NCBI GenBank assembly: GCA_964057225.1
Contig: OZ059900.1
Span: 26,869,943-26,933,942, forward strand
Length of the DNA stretch: 64,000 nt
DNA from: Auanema rhodensis
Lineage: Eukaryota > Animalia > Nematoda
Direction: 5' to 3'
A program made the position numbers and the translations under genes. Below the pieces are notes generated by a model. It was not told where the DNA came from. It saw nothing but the letters and a program-made list of their open reading frames with translations, and made no database searches. Shown in pieces: positions 37,945 to 51,500 of the stretch (the stretch's first letter is position 1; each line of letters starts with the position of its first letter).

Positions 37945-38386
37945 GTTAAGCCTAAGCTCGATATGCCTAAGCCTGAGTATGATAGTTAAGCCTAAGCTCG
38001 ATACGCCTAAGCCTGAGTATGATAGTTAAGCCTAAGCTCGATATGCCTAAGCCTGAGTATGATAGTTAAGCCTAAGCTCGATATGCCTAAGCCTGAGTAT
38101 GATAGTTAAGCCTAAGCTCGATATGCCTAAGCCTGAGTATGATAGTTAAGCCTAAGCTCGATATGCCTAAGCCTGAGTATGATAGTTAAGCCTAAGCTCG
38201 ATATGCCTAAGCCTGAGTATGATAGTTAAGCCTAAGCTCGATATGCCTAAGCCTGAGTATGATAGTTAAGCCTAAGCTCGATATGCCTAAGCCTGAGTAT
38301 GATAGTTAAGCCTAAGCTCGATATGCCTAAGCCTGAGTATGATAGTTAAGCCTAAGCTCGATATGCCTAAGCCTGAGTATGATAGT
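37945..38386 (+). repeat. Near-perfect 40-bp telomere-like tandem array (11 units)
   Basis: (GATAGTTAAGCCTAAGCTCGATATGCCTAAGCCTGAGTAT)n with one visible variant. Two TTAGGC and one TCAGGC per unit on the minus strand. Confidence 0.95.
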
Positions 38387-38387
38387 C

Positions 38388-39030
38388 GTTTGCGTACATA
38401 CTTGCGTACTTTGGCTACAAGCCAAAACCTGCGCATCTAAGTTGGCGTCCTAATATTCTTCGATTTGAATATTTTTCTCATTTCTCACGTTTATCTTAAT
38501 TATTTCTCCATTTAGAATAGTTATTTATTTAATGTTATCCTGTAAAATTAATATCTCTTTTTTCATTGAATGACATAGTAGCAGGTTTTATTTCTCAATT
38601 ATTGTTTTGCTTGTTTGCGTACATATTTGCGTACTTTGGCTACAAGCAAAATCCTGCGCATCTAAGTTGGCCTCCTTATATTCCTCGATTTGAATATTTT
38701 TCTCATTTCTTACGTTTATCTTTATTATTTCTTCATTTCCAATAGTTATTCATTTAATGTTATCCTGTAAAATTAATATCTCCTTTTTCATTGAATGACA
38801 TAGTAGCAGGTTTTATTTCTCAATTATTGTTTTGCTTGTTTGCGTACATATTTGCGTACTTTGGCTACAAGCCAAAACCTGCGCATCTAAGTCGGCGTCC
38901 TAATATTCCTTGATTTGAATATTTTTCTCATTTCTCACGTTTATCGTAATTATTTTTTTATTTGCAATAGTTATTTATTTGTTTTGTTGTGTAAAATTGA
39001 AATCTTCTCTCTCATTCAATGATTTAGTAT
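38388..39030. repeat. 225-bp tandem repeat (~2.8 copies)
   Basis: GTTTGCGTACATA... starts at 38388, 38613 and 38838. Confidence 0.85.
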
Positions 39031-39363
39031 GTTTTTTCTAGTAACAGTGTCTATGTTTTTCTTTGTTTGTCATGAATGGAAGAATTTCTTCCACTCTAGA
39101 CACACTTATCTTCATTTATTCTCATATTGTAATGAAATGTAACACATTAATTCTTTATGTTTATCTGTCTTGTGCAAAAGTTTTCTTAACATTTACACTC
39201 TAATTGAATAATATCAAATGTAGTATCAGATTTCATCTTCCAAATTGTCATTAATGGAAGAATTTCTTCCACTCCAACCTCACTCACCTCAAATCATTCT
39301 TCATACTTCATGTTGATATCAATTTAGTTTATAACTCATATTCATTTTTCAGGAACCCTTGAC

Positions 39364-39517
39364 ATGGCGCGAACCCGTTACTTAAGCTACCAAGGTACCA
39401 TATAATGTTTGAAAGTTTTGTACTCAATCTTTTTCAGGGCCTGATCGCAAGTATTGGAGATCAACGGAAAATGAAATCAATGAACGAGGTGCAGTTGTAG
39501 AATTAATTTTGTTGTAG
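39364..39517 (+). pseudogene. 5' fragment of an H3-variant-like gene (MARTRYLSYQ|GPDRK...)
   Basis: TTTTCAG acceptor 11 nt before the ATG. Phase-1 intron 39395-39437 at the same YQ-G position as the H3-like gene at 57400. Ends where the satellite starts. Confidence 0.5.
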
Positions 39518-39518
39518 G

Positions 39519-42500
39519 AATTAAATGTACACGTGATGTGCACTTGGTATGTAACTCGCTTCACGTGAAAGATAAAGAGATGCGGTTTTCAAAATTAGAT
39601 TCCCCAGGTCCATTTTAGTCTAAAAACAAATTTTTATTGATATTGGTTCATGGTAACCATGACTTTGAAATTTACGTGAACTTTAATTTATGCTAATGAA
39701 ATGTACACGTGATGTGCACTTGGTATGTAACTCGCTTCACGTAAAAGATAAAAAGATGCGGTTTTCAAAATTAGATTCCCCATGTCCATATTAGTCTAAA
39801 AACAAATTTTTATTGATATTGGTGCATGGTAACCATGACTTTGAAATTTACGTGAACTTTAATTTATGCTAATTAAATGTACACGTGATGTGCACTTGGT
39901 ATGTAACTCGCTTCACGTGAGAGATAAAGAGATGCGGTTTTCAAAATTAGATTCCCCATGTCCATATTAGTCTAAAAACAAATTTTTATTGATATTGGTG
40001 CATGGTAAATATGACTTTGAAATTTACGTGAACTTTAATTTATGCTAATTAAATGTACACGTGATGTGCACTTGGTATGTAACTCGCTTCACGTGAAAGA
40101 TAAAGAGATGCGGTTTTCAAAATTAGATTCCCCATGTTCATATTAGTCTAAAAACAAATTTTTATTGATATTGGTTCATGGTAACCATATTCATTTTTCA
40201 GGAACCCTTGACATGGCGCGAACCCGTTACTTAAGCTACCAAGGTACCATATAATGTTTGAAAGTTTTGTACTCAATCTTTTTCAGGGCCTGATCGCAAG
40301 TATTGGAGATCAACGGAAAATGAAATCAATGAACGAGGTGCAGTTGTAGAATTAATTTTGTTGTAGGAATTAAATGTACACGTGATGTGCACTTGGTATG
40401 TAACTCGCTTCACGTGAAAGATAAAGAGATGCGGTTTTCAAAATTAGATTCCCCAGGTCCATTTTAGTCTAAAAACAAATTTTTATTGATATTGGTTCAT
40501 GGTAACCATGACTTTGAAATTTACGTGAACTTTAATTTATGCTAATGAAATGTACACGTGATGTGCACTTGGTATGTAACTCGCTTCACGTAAAAGATAA
40601 AAAGATGCGGTTTTCAAAATTAGATTCCCCATGTCCATATTAGTCTAAAAACAAATTTTTATTGATATTGGTGCATGGTAACCATGACTTTGAAATTTAC
40701 GTGAACTTTAATTTATGCTAATTAAATGTACACGTGATGTGCACTTGGTATGTAACTCGCTTCACGTGAGAGATAAAGAGATGCGGTTTTCAAAATTAGA
40801 TTCCCCATGTCCATATTAGTCTAAAAACAAATTTTTATTGATATTGGTGCATGGTAAATATGACTTTGAAATTTACGTGAACTTTAATTTATGCTAATTA
40901 AATGTACACGTGATGTGCACTTGGTATGTAACTCGCTTCACATGAAAGATAAAGAGATGCGGTTTTCAAAATTAGATTCCCCATGTTCATATTAGTCTAA
41001 AAACAAATTTTTATTGATATTGGTTCATGGTAACCATGACTTTGAAATTTACGTGAACTTTAATTTATGCTAATTAAATGTACACGTGATGTGCACTTGG
41101 TATGTAACTCGCTTCACGTGAAAGATAAAGAGATGCGGTTTTCAAAATTAGATTCCCCATGTCCATATTAGTCTAAAAACAAATTTTTATTGATATTGGT
41201 GCATGGTAACCATGACTTTGAAATTTACGTGAACTTTAATTTATGCTAATTAAATGTACACGTGATGTGCACTTGGTATGTAACTCGCTTCACGTGAAAG
41301 ATAAAGAGATGCGGTTTCCAAAATTAGATTCCCCATGTCCATTTTAGTCTAAAAACAAATTTTTATTGATATTGGTGCATGGTAACCATGACTTTGAAAT
41401 TTACGTGAACTTTAATTTATGCTAATTAAATGTACACGTGATGTGCACTTGGTATGTAACTCGCTTCACGTGAAAGATGAAGAGATGCGGTTTTCAAAAT
41501 TAGATTCCCCATGTCCATATTAGTGTAAAAACAAATTTTTATTGATATTGGTGCATGGTAACCATGACTTTGAAATTTACGTGAACTTTAATTTATGCTA
41601 ATTAAATGTACACGTGATGTGCACTTGGTATGTAACTCGCTTCACGTGAAAGATGAAGAGATGCGGTTTTCAAAACTAGATTCCCCATGTCCATATTAGT
41701 CTAAAAACAAATTTTTATTGATATTGGTGCATGGTAAATATGACTTTGAAATTTACGTGAACTTTAATTTATGCTAATTAAATGTACACGTGATGTGCAC
41801 TTGGTATGTAACTCGCTTCACATGAAAGATAAAGAGATGCGGTTTTCAAAATTAGATTCCCCATGTTCATATTAGTCTAAAAACAAATTTTTATTGATAT
41901 TGGTTCATGGTAACCATGACTTTGAAATTTACGTGAACTTTAATTTATGCTAATTAAATGTACACGTGATGTGCACTTGGTATGTAACTCGCTTCACGTG
42001 AAAGATAAAGAGATGCGGTTTTCAAAATTAGATTCCCCATGTCCATATTAGTCTAAAAACAAATTTTTATTGATATTGGTGCATGGTAACCATGACTTTG
42101 AAATTTACGTGAACTTTAATTTATGCTAATTAAATGTACACGTGATGTGCACTTGGTATGTAACTCGCTTCACGTGAAAGATAAAGAGATGCGGTTTCCA
42201 AAATTAGATTCCCCATGTCCATTTTAGTCTAAAAACAAATTTTTATTGATATTGGTGCATGGTAACCATGACTTTGAAATTTACGTGAACTTTAATTTAT
42301 GCTAATTAAATGTACACGTGATGTGCACTTGGTATGTAACTCGCTTCACGTGAAAGATGAAGAGATGCGGTTTTCAAAATTAGATTCCCCATGTCCATAT
42401 TAGTGTAAAAACAAATTTTTATTGATATTGGTGCATGGTAACCATGACTTTGAAATTTACGTGAACTTTAATTTATGCTAATTAAATGTACACGTGATGT

Positions 42501-45500
42501 GCACTTGGTATGTAACTCGCTTCACGTGAAAGATGAAGAGATGCGGTTTTCAAAACTAGATTCCCCATGTCCATATTAGTCTAAAAACAAATTTTTATTG
42601 ATATTGGTGCATGGTAACCATGACTTTAAAATTTACGTGAACTTTAATTTATGCTAAATAAATGTACACGTGATGTGCACTTGGTATGTAACTCGCTTCA
42701 CGTGAAAGATAAAGAGATGCGGTTTTCAAAATTAGATTCCCCATGTCCATATTAGTCTAAAAACAAATTTTTATTGATATTGGTTCATGGTAACCATGAC
42801 TTTGAAATTTACGTGAACTTTAATTTATGCTAATTAAATGTACACGTGATGTGCACTTGGTATGTAACTCGCTTCACGTGAAAGATAAAGAGATGCGGTT
42901 TTCAAAATTAGATTCCCCATGTCCATATTAGTCTAAAAACAAATTTTTATTGATATTGGTGCATGGTAACCATGACTTTGAAATTTACGTGAACTTTAAT
43001 TTATGCTAATTAAATGTACACGTGATGTGCACTTGGTATGTAACTCGCTTCACGTGAACGATAAAGAGATGCGGTTTTCAAAATTAGATTCCCCATGTTC
43101 ATATTAGTCTAAAAACAAATTTTTATTGATATTGGTTCATGGTAACCATGACTTTGAAATTTACGTGAACTTTAATTTATGCTAATTAAATGTACACGTG
43201 ATGTGCACTTGGTATGTAACTCGCTTCACGTGAAAGATAAAGAGATGCGGTTTTCAAAATTAGATTCCCCATGTCCATATTAGTCTAAAAACAAATTTTT
43301 ATTGATATTGGTGCATGGTAACCATGACTTTGAAATTTACGTGAACTTTAATTTATGCTAATTAAATGTACACGTGATGTGCACTTGGTATGTAACTCGC
43401 TTCACGTGAAAGATAAAGAGATGCGGTTTCCAAAATTAGATTCCCCATGTCCATTTTAGTCTCAAAACAAATTTTTATTGATATTGGTTCATGGTAACCA
43501 TGACTTTGAAATTTACGTGAACTTTAATTTATGCTAATTAAATGTACACGTGATGTGCACTTGGTATGTAACTCGCTTCACGTGAAAGATGAAGAGATGC
43601 GGTTTTCAAAACTAGATTCCCCATGTCCATATTAGTCTAAAAACAAATTTTTATTGATATTGGTGCATGGTAACCATGACTTTAAAATTTACGTGAACTT
43701 TAATTTATGCTAAATAAATGTACACGTGATGTGCACTTGGTATGTAACTCGCTTCACGTGAAAGATAAAGAGATGCGGTTTTCAAAATTAGATTCCCCAT
43801 GTCCATATTAGTCTAAAAACAAATTTTTATTGATATTGGTTCATGGTAACCATGACTTTGAAATTTACGTGAACTTTAATTTATGCTAATTAAATGTACA
43901 CGTGATGTGCACTTGGTATGTAACTCGCTTCACGTGAAAGATAAAGAGATGCGGTTTTCAAAATTAGATTCCCCATGTCCATATTAGTCTAAAAACAAAT
44001 TTTTATTGATATTGGTGCATGGTAACCATGACTTTGAAATTTACGTGAACTTTAATTTATGCTAATTAAATGTACACGTGATGTGCACTTGGTATGTAAC
44101 TCGCTTCACGTGAAAGATGAAGAGATGCGGTTTTCAAAATTAGATTCCCCATGTCCATATTAGTCTAAAAACAAATTTTTATTGATATTGGTGCATGGTA
44201 ACCATGACTTTGAAATTTACGTGAACTTTAATTTATGCTAATTAAATGTACACGTGATGTGCACTTGGTATGTAACTCGCTTCACGTGAAAGATAAAGAG
44301 ATGCGGTTTTCAAAATTAGATTCCCCATGTCCATATTAGTCTAAAAACAAATTTTTATTGATATTGGTTCATGGTAACCATGACTTTGAAATTTACGTGA
44401 ACTTTAATTTATGCTAATTAAATGTACACGTGATGTGCACTTGGTATGTAACTCGCTTCACGTGAAAGATGAAGAGATGCGGTTTTCAAAATTAGATTCC
44501 CCATGTCCATATTAGTCTAAAAACAAATTTTTATTGATATTGGTGCATGGTAACCATGACTTTAAAATTTACGTGAACTTTAATTTATGCTAAATAAATG
44601 TACACGTGATGTGCACTTGGTATGTAACTCGCTTCACGTGAAAGATAAAGAGATGCGGTTTTCAAAATTAGATTCCCCATGTCCATATTAGTCTAAAAAC
44701 AAATTTTTATTGATATTGGTGCATGGTAACCATGACTTTGAAATCTACGTGAACTTTAATTTATGCTAATTAAATGTACACGTGATGTTCACTTGGTATG
44801 TAACTCGCTTCACGTGAAAGATAAAGAGATGCGGTTTTCAAAATTAGATTCCCCATGTCCATATTAGTCTAAAAACAAATTTTTATTGATATTGGTGCAT
44901 GGTAACCATGACTTTGAAATTTACGTGAACTTTAATTTATGCTAATTAAATGTACACGTGATGTGCACTTGGTATGTAACTCGCTTCACGTGAAAGATAA
45001 AGAGATGCGGTTTTCAAAATTAGATTCCCCATGTTCATATTAGTCTAAAAACAAATTTTTATTGATATTGGTTCATGGTAACCATGACTTTGAAATTTAC
45101 GTGAACTTTAATTTATGCTAATTAAATGTACACGTGATGTGCACTTGGTATGTAACTCGCTTCACGTGAAAGATAAAGAGATGCGGTTTTCAAAATTAGA
45201 TTCCCCATGTCCATATTAGTCTAAAAACAAATTTTTATTGATATTGGTGCATGGTAACCATGACTTTGAAATTTACGTGAACTTTAATTTATGCTAATTA
45301 AATGTACACGTGATGTGCACTTGGTATGTAACTCGCTTCACGTGAAAGATAAAGAGATGCGGTTTCCAAAATTAGATTCCCCATGTCCATTTTAGTCTAA
45401 AAACAAATTTTTATTGATATTGGTTCATGGTAACCATGACTTTGAAATTTACGTGAACTTTAATTTATGCTAATTAAATGTACACGTGATGTGCACTTGG

Positions 45501-48500
45501 TATGTAACTCGCTTCACGTGAAAGATGAAGAGATGCGGTTTTCAAAACTAGATTCCCCATGTCCATATTAGTCTAAAAACAAATTTTTATTGATATTGGT
45601 GCATGGTAACCATGACTTTAAAATTTACGTGAACTTTAATTTATGCTAAATAAATGTACACGTGATGTGCACTTGGTATGTAACTCGCTTCACGTGAAAG
45701 ATAAAGAGATGCGGTTTTCAAAATTAGATTCCCCATGTCCATATTAGTCTAAAAACAAATTTTTATTGATATTGGTTCATGGTAACCATGACTTTGAAAT
45801 TTACGTGAACTTTAATTTATGCTAATTAAATGTACACGTGATGTGCACTTGGTATGTAACTCGCTTCACGTGAAAGATAAAGAGATGCGGTTTTCAAAAT
45901 TAGATTCCCCATGTCCATATTAGTCTAAAAACAAATTTTTATTGATATTGGTGCATGGTAACCATGACTTTGAAATTTACGTGAACTTTAATTTATGCTA
46001 ATTAAATGTACACGTGATGTGCACTTGGTATGTAACTCGCTTCACGTGAAAGATGAAGAGATGCGGTTTTCAAAATTAGATTCCCCATGTCCATATTAGT
46101 CTAAAAACAAATTTTTATTGATATTGGTGCATGGTAACCATGACTTTGAAATTTACGTGAACTTTAATTTATGCTAATTAAATGTACACGTGATGTGCAC
46201 TTGGTATGTAACTCGCTTCACGTGAAAGATAAAGAGATGCGGTTTTCAAAATTAGATTCCCCATGTCCATATTAGTCTAAAAACAAATTTTTATTGATAT
46301 TGGTTCATGGTAACCATGACTTTGAAATTTACGTGAACTTTAATTTATGCTAATTAAATGTACACGTGATGTGCACTTGGTATGTAACTCGCTTCACGTG
46401 AAAGATAAAGAGATGCGGTTTTCAAAATTAGATTCCCCATGTCCATATTAGTCTAAAAACAAATTTTTATTGATATTGGTGCATGGTAACCATGACTTTG
46501 AAATTTACGTGAACTTTAATTTATGCTAATTAAATGTACACGTGATGTGCACTTGGTATGTAACTCGCTTCACGTGAAAGATGAAGAGATGCGGTTTTCA
46601 AAATTAGATTCCCCATGTCCATATTAGTCTAAAAACAAATTTTTATTGATATTGGTGCATGGTAACCATGACTTTGAAATTTACGTGAACTTTAATTTAT
46701 GCTAATTAAATGTACACGTGATGTGCACTTGGTATGTAACTCGCTTCACGTGAAAGATAAAGAGATGCGGTTTTCAAAATTAGATTCCCCATGTCCATAT
46801 TAGTCTAAAAACAAATTTTTATTGATATTGGTTCATGGTAACCATGACTTTGAAATTTACGTGAACTTTAATTTATGCTAATTAAATGTACACGTGATGT
46901 GCACTTGGTATGTAACTCGCTTCACGTGAAAGATGAAGAGATGCGGTTTTCAAAATTAGATTCCCCATGTCCATATTAGTCTAAAAACAAATTTTTATTG
47001 ATATTGGTGCATGGTAACCATGACTTTAAAATTTACGTGAACTTTAATTTATGCTAAATAAATGTACACGTGATGTGCACTTGGTATGTAACTCGCTTCA
47101 CGTGAAAGATAAAGAGATGCGGTTTTCAAAATTAGATTCCCCATGTCCATATTAGTCTAAAAACAAATTTTTATTGATATTGGTGCATGGTAACCATGAC
47201 TTTGAAATCTACGTGAACTTTAATTTATGCTAATTAAATGTACACGTGATGTTCACTTGGTATGTAACTCGCTTCACGTGAAAGATAAAGAGATGCGGTT
47301 TTCAAAATTAGATTCCCCATGTCCATATTAGTCTAAAAACAAATTTTTATTGATATTGGTGCATGGTAACCATGACTTTGAAATTTACGTGAACTTTAAT
47401 TTATGCTAATTAAATGTACACGTGATGTGCACTTGGTATGTAACTCGCTTCACGTGAAAGATGAAGAGATGCGGTTTTCAAAACTAGATTCCCCATGTCC
47501 ATATTAGTCTAAAAACAAATTTTTATTGATATTGGTGCATGGTAACCATGACTTTAAAATTTACGTGAACTTTAATTTATGCTAAATAAATGTACACGTG
47601 ATGTGCACTTGGTATGTAACTCGCTTCACGTGAAAGATAAAGAGATGCGGTTTTCAAAATTAGATTCCCCATGTCCATATTAGTCTAAAAACAAATTTTT
47701 ATTGATATTGGTGCATGGTAACCATGACTTTGAAATTTACGTGAACTTTAATTTATGCTAATTAAATGTACACGTGATGTGCACTTGGTATGTAACTCGC
47801 TTCACGTGAAAGATAAAGAGATGCGGTTTTCAAAATTAGATTCCCCATGTCCATTTTAGTCTAAAAACAAATTTTTATTGATATTGGTGCATGGTAACCA
47901 TGACTTTGAAATCTACGTGAACTTTAATTTATGCTAATTAAATGTACACGTGATGTGCACTTGGTATGTAACTCGCTTCACGTGAAAGATAAAGAGATGC
48001 GGTTTTCAAAATTAGATTCCCCATGTCCATATTAGTCTAAAAACAAATTTTTATTGATATTGGTGCATGGTAACCATGACTTTGAAATTTACGTGAACTT
48101 TAATTTATGCTAATTAAATGTACACGTGATGTGCACTTGGTATGTAACTCGCTTCACGTGAAAGATAAAGAGATGCGGTTTTCAAAATTTGATTCCCCAT
48201 GTCCATATTAGTCTAAAAACAAATTTTTATTGATATTGGTGCATGGTAACCATGACTTTGAAATTTACGTGAATTTTAATTTATGCTAATTAAATGTACA
48301 CGTGATGTGCACTTGGTATGTAACTCGCTTCAAGTGAAAGATAAAGAGATGCGGTTTTCAAAATTAGATTCCCCATGTCCATATTAGTCTAAAAACAAAT
48401 TTTTATTGATATTGGTGCATGGTAACCATGACTTTGAAATTTACGTGAACTTTAATTTATGCTAATTAAATGTACACGTGATTTGCACTTGGTATGTAAC

Positions 48501-51500
48501 TCGCTTCACGTCAAAGATAAAGAGATGCGGTTTTCAAAATTAGATTCCTCATGTCCATATTAGTCTAAAAACAAATTTTTATTGATATTGGTGCATGGTA
48601 ACCATGACTTTGAAATTTACGTGAACTTTAATTTATGCTAATTAAATGTACACGTGATGTGCACTTGGTATGTAACTCGCTTCACGTGAAAGATAAAGAG
48701 ATGCGGTTTTCAAAATTAGATTCCCCATGTCCATATTAGTGTAAAAACAAATTTTTATTGATATTGGTGCATGGTAACCATAACTTTGAAATTTACGTGA
48801 ATTTTAATTTATGCTAATTAAATGTACACGTGATGTGCACTTGGTATGTAACTCGCTTCACGTGAAAGATAAAGAGATACGGTTTTCAAAATTAGATTCC
48901 CCATGTCCATTTTAGTCTAAAAACAAATTTTTATTGATATTGGTGCATGGTAACCATGACTTTGAAATTTACGTGAACTTTAATTTATGCTAATTAAATG
49001 TACACGTGATGTGCACTTGGTATGTAACTCGCTTCACGTGAAAGATGAAGAGATGCGGTTTTCAAAATTAGATTCCCCATGTCCATATTAGTGTAAAAAC
49101 AAATTTTTATTGATATTGGTGCATGGTAACCATGACTTTGAAATTTACGTGAACTTTAATTTATGCTAATTAAATGTACACGTGATGTGCACTTGGTATG
49201 TAACTCGCTTCACGTCAAAGATGAAGAGATGCGGTTTTCAAAATTAGATTCCCCATGTCCATATTAGTCTAAAAACAAATTTTTATTGATATTGGTGCAT
49301 GGTAACCATGACTTTGAAATTTACGTGAACTTTAATTTATGCTAATTAAATGTACACGTGATGTGCACTTGGTATGTAACTCGCTTCACGTGAAAGATAA
49401 AGAGATGCGGTTTTCAAAATTAGATTCCCCATGTCCATATTAGTCTAAAAACAAATTTTTATTGATATTGGTGCATGGTAACCATGACTTTGAAATTTAC
49501 GTGAACTTTAATTTATGCTAATTAAATGTACACGTGATGTGCACTTGGTATGTAACTCGCTTCACGTGAAAGATAAAGAGATGCGGTTTTCAAAATTAGA
49601 TTCCCCATGTCCATATTAGTGTAAAAACAAATTTTTATTGATATTGGTGCATGGTAACCATGACTTTGAAATTTACGTGAACTTTAATTTATGCTAATTA
49701 AATGTACACGTGATGTGCACTTGGTATGTAACTCGCTTCACGTGAAAGATAAAGAGATGCGGTTTTCAAAATTAGATTCCCCATGTCCATTTTAGTCTAA
49801 AAACAAATTTTTATTGATATTGGTGCATGGTAACCATGACTTTGAAATTTACGTGAACTTTAATTTATGCTAATTAAATGTACACGTGATGTGCACTTGG
49901 TATGTAACTCGCTTCATGTGAAAGATGAAGAGATGCGGTTTTCAAAATTAGATTCCCCATGTCCATATTAGTGTAAAAACAAATTTTTATTGATATTGGT
50001 GCATGGTAACCATGACTTTGAAATTTACGTGAACTTTAATTTATGCTAATTAAATGTACACGTGATGTGCACTTGGTATGTAACTCGCTTCACGTCAAAG
50101 ATGAAGAGATGCGGTTTTCAAAATTAGATTCCCCATGTCCATATTAGTCTAAAAACAAATTTTTATTGATATTGGTGCATGGTAACCATGACTTTGAAAT
50201 TTACGTGAACTTTAATTTATGCTAATTAAATGTACACGTGATGTGCACTTGGTATGTAACTCGCTTCACGTGAAAGATAAAGAGATGCGGTTTTCAAAAT
50301 TAGATTCCCCATGTCCATATTAGTCTAAAAACAAATTTTTATTGATATTGGTGCATGGTAACCATGACTTTGAAATTTACGTGAACTTTAATTTATGCTA
50401 ATTAAATGTACACGTGATGTGCACTTGGTATGTAACTCGCTTCACGTGAAAGATAAAGAGATGCGGTTTTCAAAATTAGATTCCCCATGTCCATATTAGT
50501 CTAAAAACAAATTTTTATTGATATTGGTTCATGGTAACCATGACTTTGAAATTTACGTGAACTTTAATTTATGCTAATTAAATGTACACGTGATGTGCAC
50601 TTGGTATGTAACTCGCTTCACGTGAAAGATAAAGAGATGCGGTTTTCAAAATTAGATTCCCCATGTCCATATTAGTCTAAAAACAAATTTTTATTGATAT
50701 TGGTGCATGGTAACCATGACTTTGAAATTTACGTGAACTTTAATTTATGCTAATTAAATGTACACGTGATGTGCACTTGGTATGTAACTCGCTTCACGTG
50801 AAAGATAAAGAGATGCGGTTTTCAAAATTAGATTCCCCATGTCCATATTAGTCTAAAAACAAATTTTTATTGATATTGGTTCATGGTAACCATGACTTTG
50901 AAATCTACGTGAACTTTAATTTATGCTAATTAAATGTACACGTGATGTGCACTTGGTATGTACCTCGCTTCACGTGAAAGATAAAGAGATGCGGTTTTCA
51001 AAATTAGATTCCCCATGTCCATATTAGTCTAAAAACAAATTTTTATTGATATTGGTGCATGGTAACCATGACTTTGAAATTTACGTGAACTTTAATTTAT
51101 GCTAATTAAATGTACACGTGATGTGCACTTGGTATGTAACTCGCTTCACGTGAAAGATAAAGAGATGCGGTTTTCAAAATTTGATTCCCCATGTCCATAT
51201 TAGTCTAAAAACAAATTTTTATTGATATTGGTGCATGGTAACCATGACTTTGAAATTTACGTGAACTTTAATTTATGCTAATTAAATGTACACGTGATGT
51301 GCACTTGGTATGTAACTCGCTTCAAGTGAAAGATAAAGAGATGCGGTTTTCAAAATTAGATTCCCCATGTCCATATTAGTCTAAAAACAAATTTTTATTG
51401 ATATTGGTGCATGGTAACCATGACTTTGAAATTTACGTGAACTTTAATTTATGCTAATTAAATGTACACGTGATTTGCACTTGGTATGTAACTCGCTTCA

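Noticed and set aside
36704-38029. Additional overlapping ORFs in the GC-rich island
   Set aside because: They are expected by chance at high GC. Only the three + frames carry capsid-like motifs.
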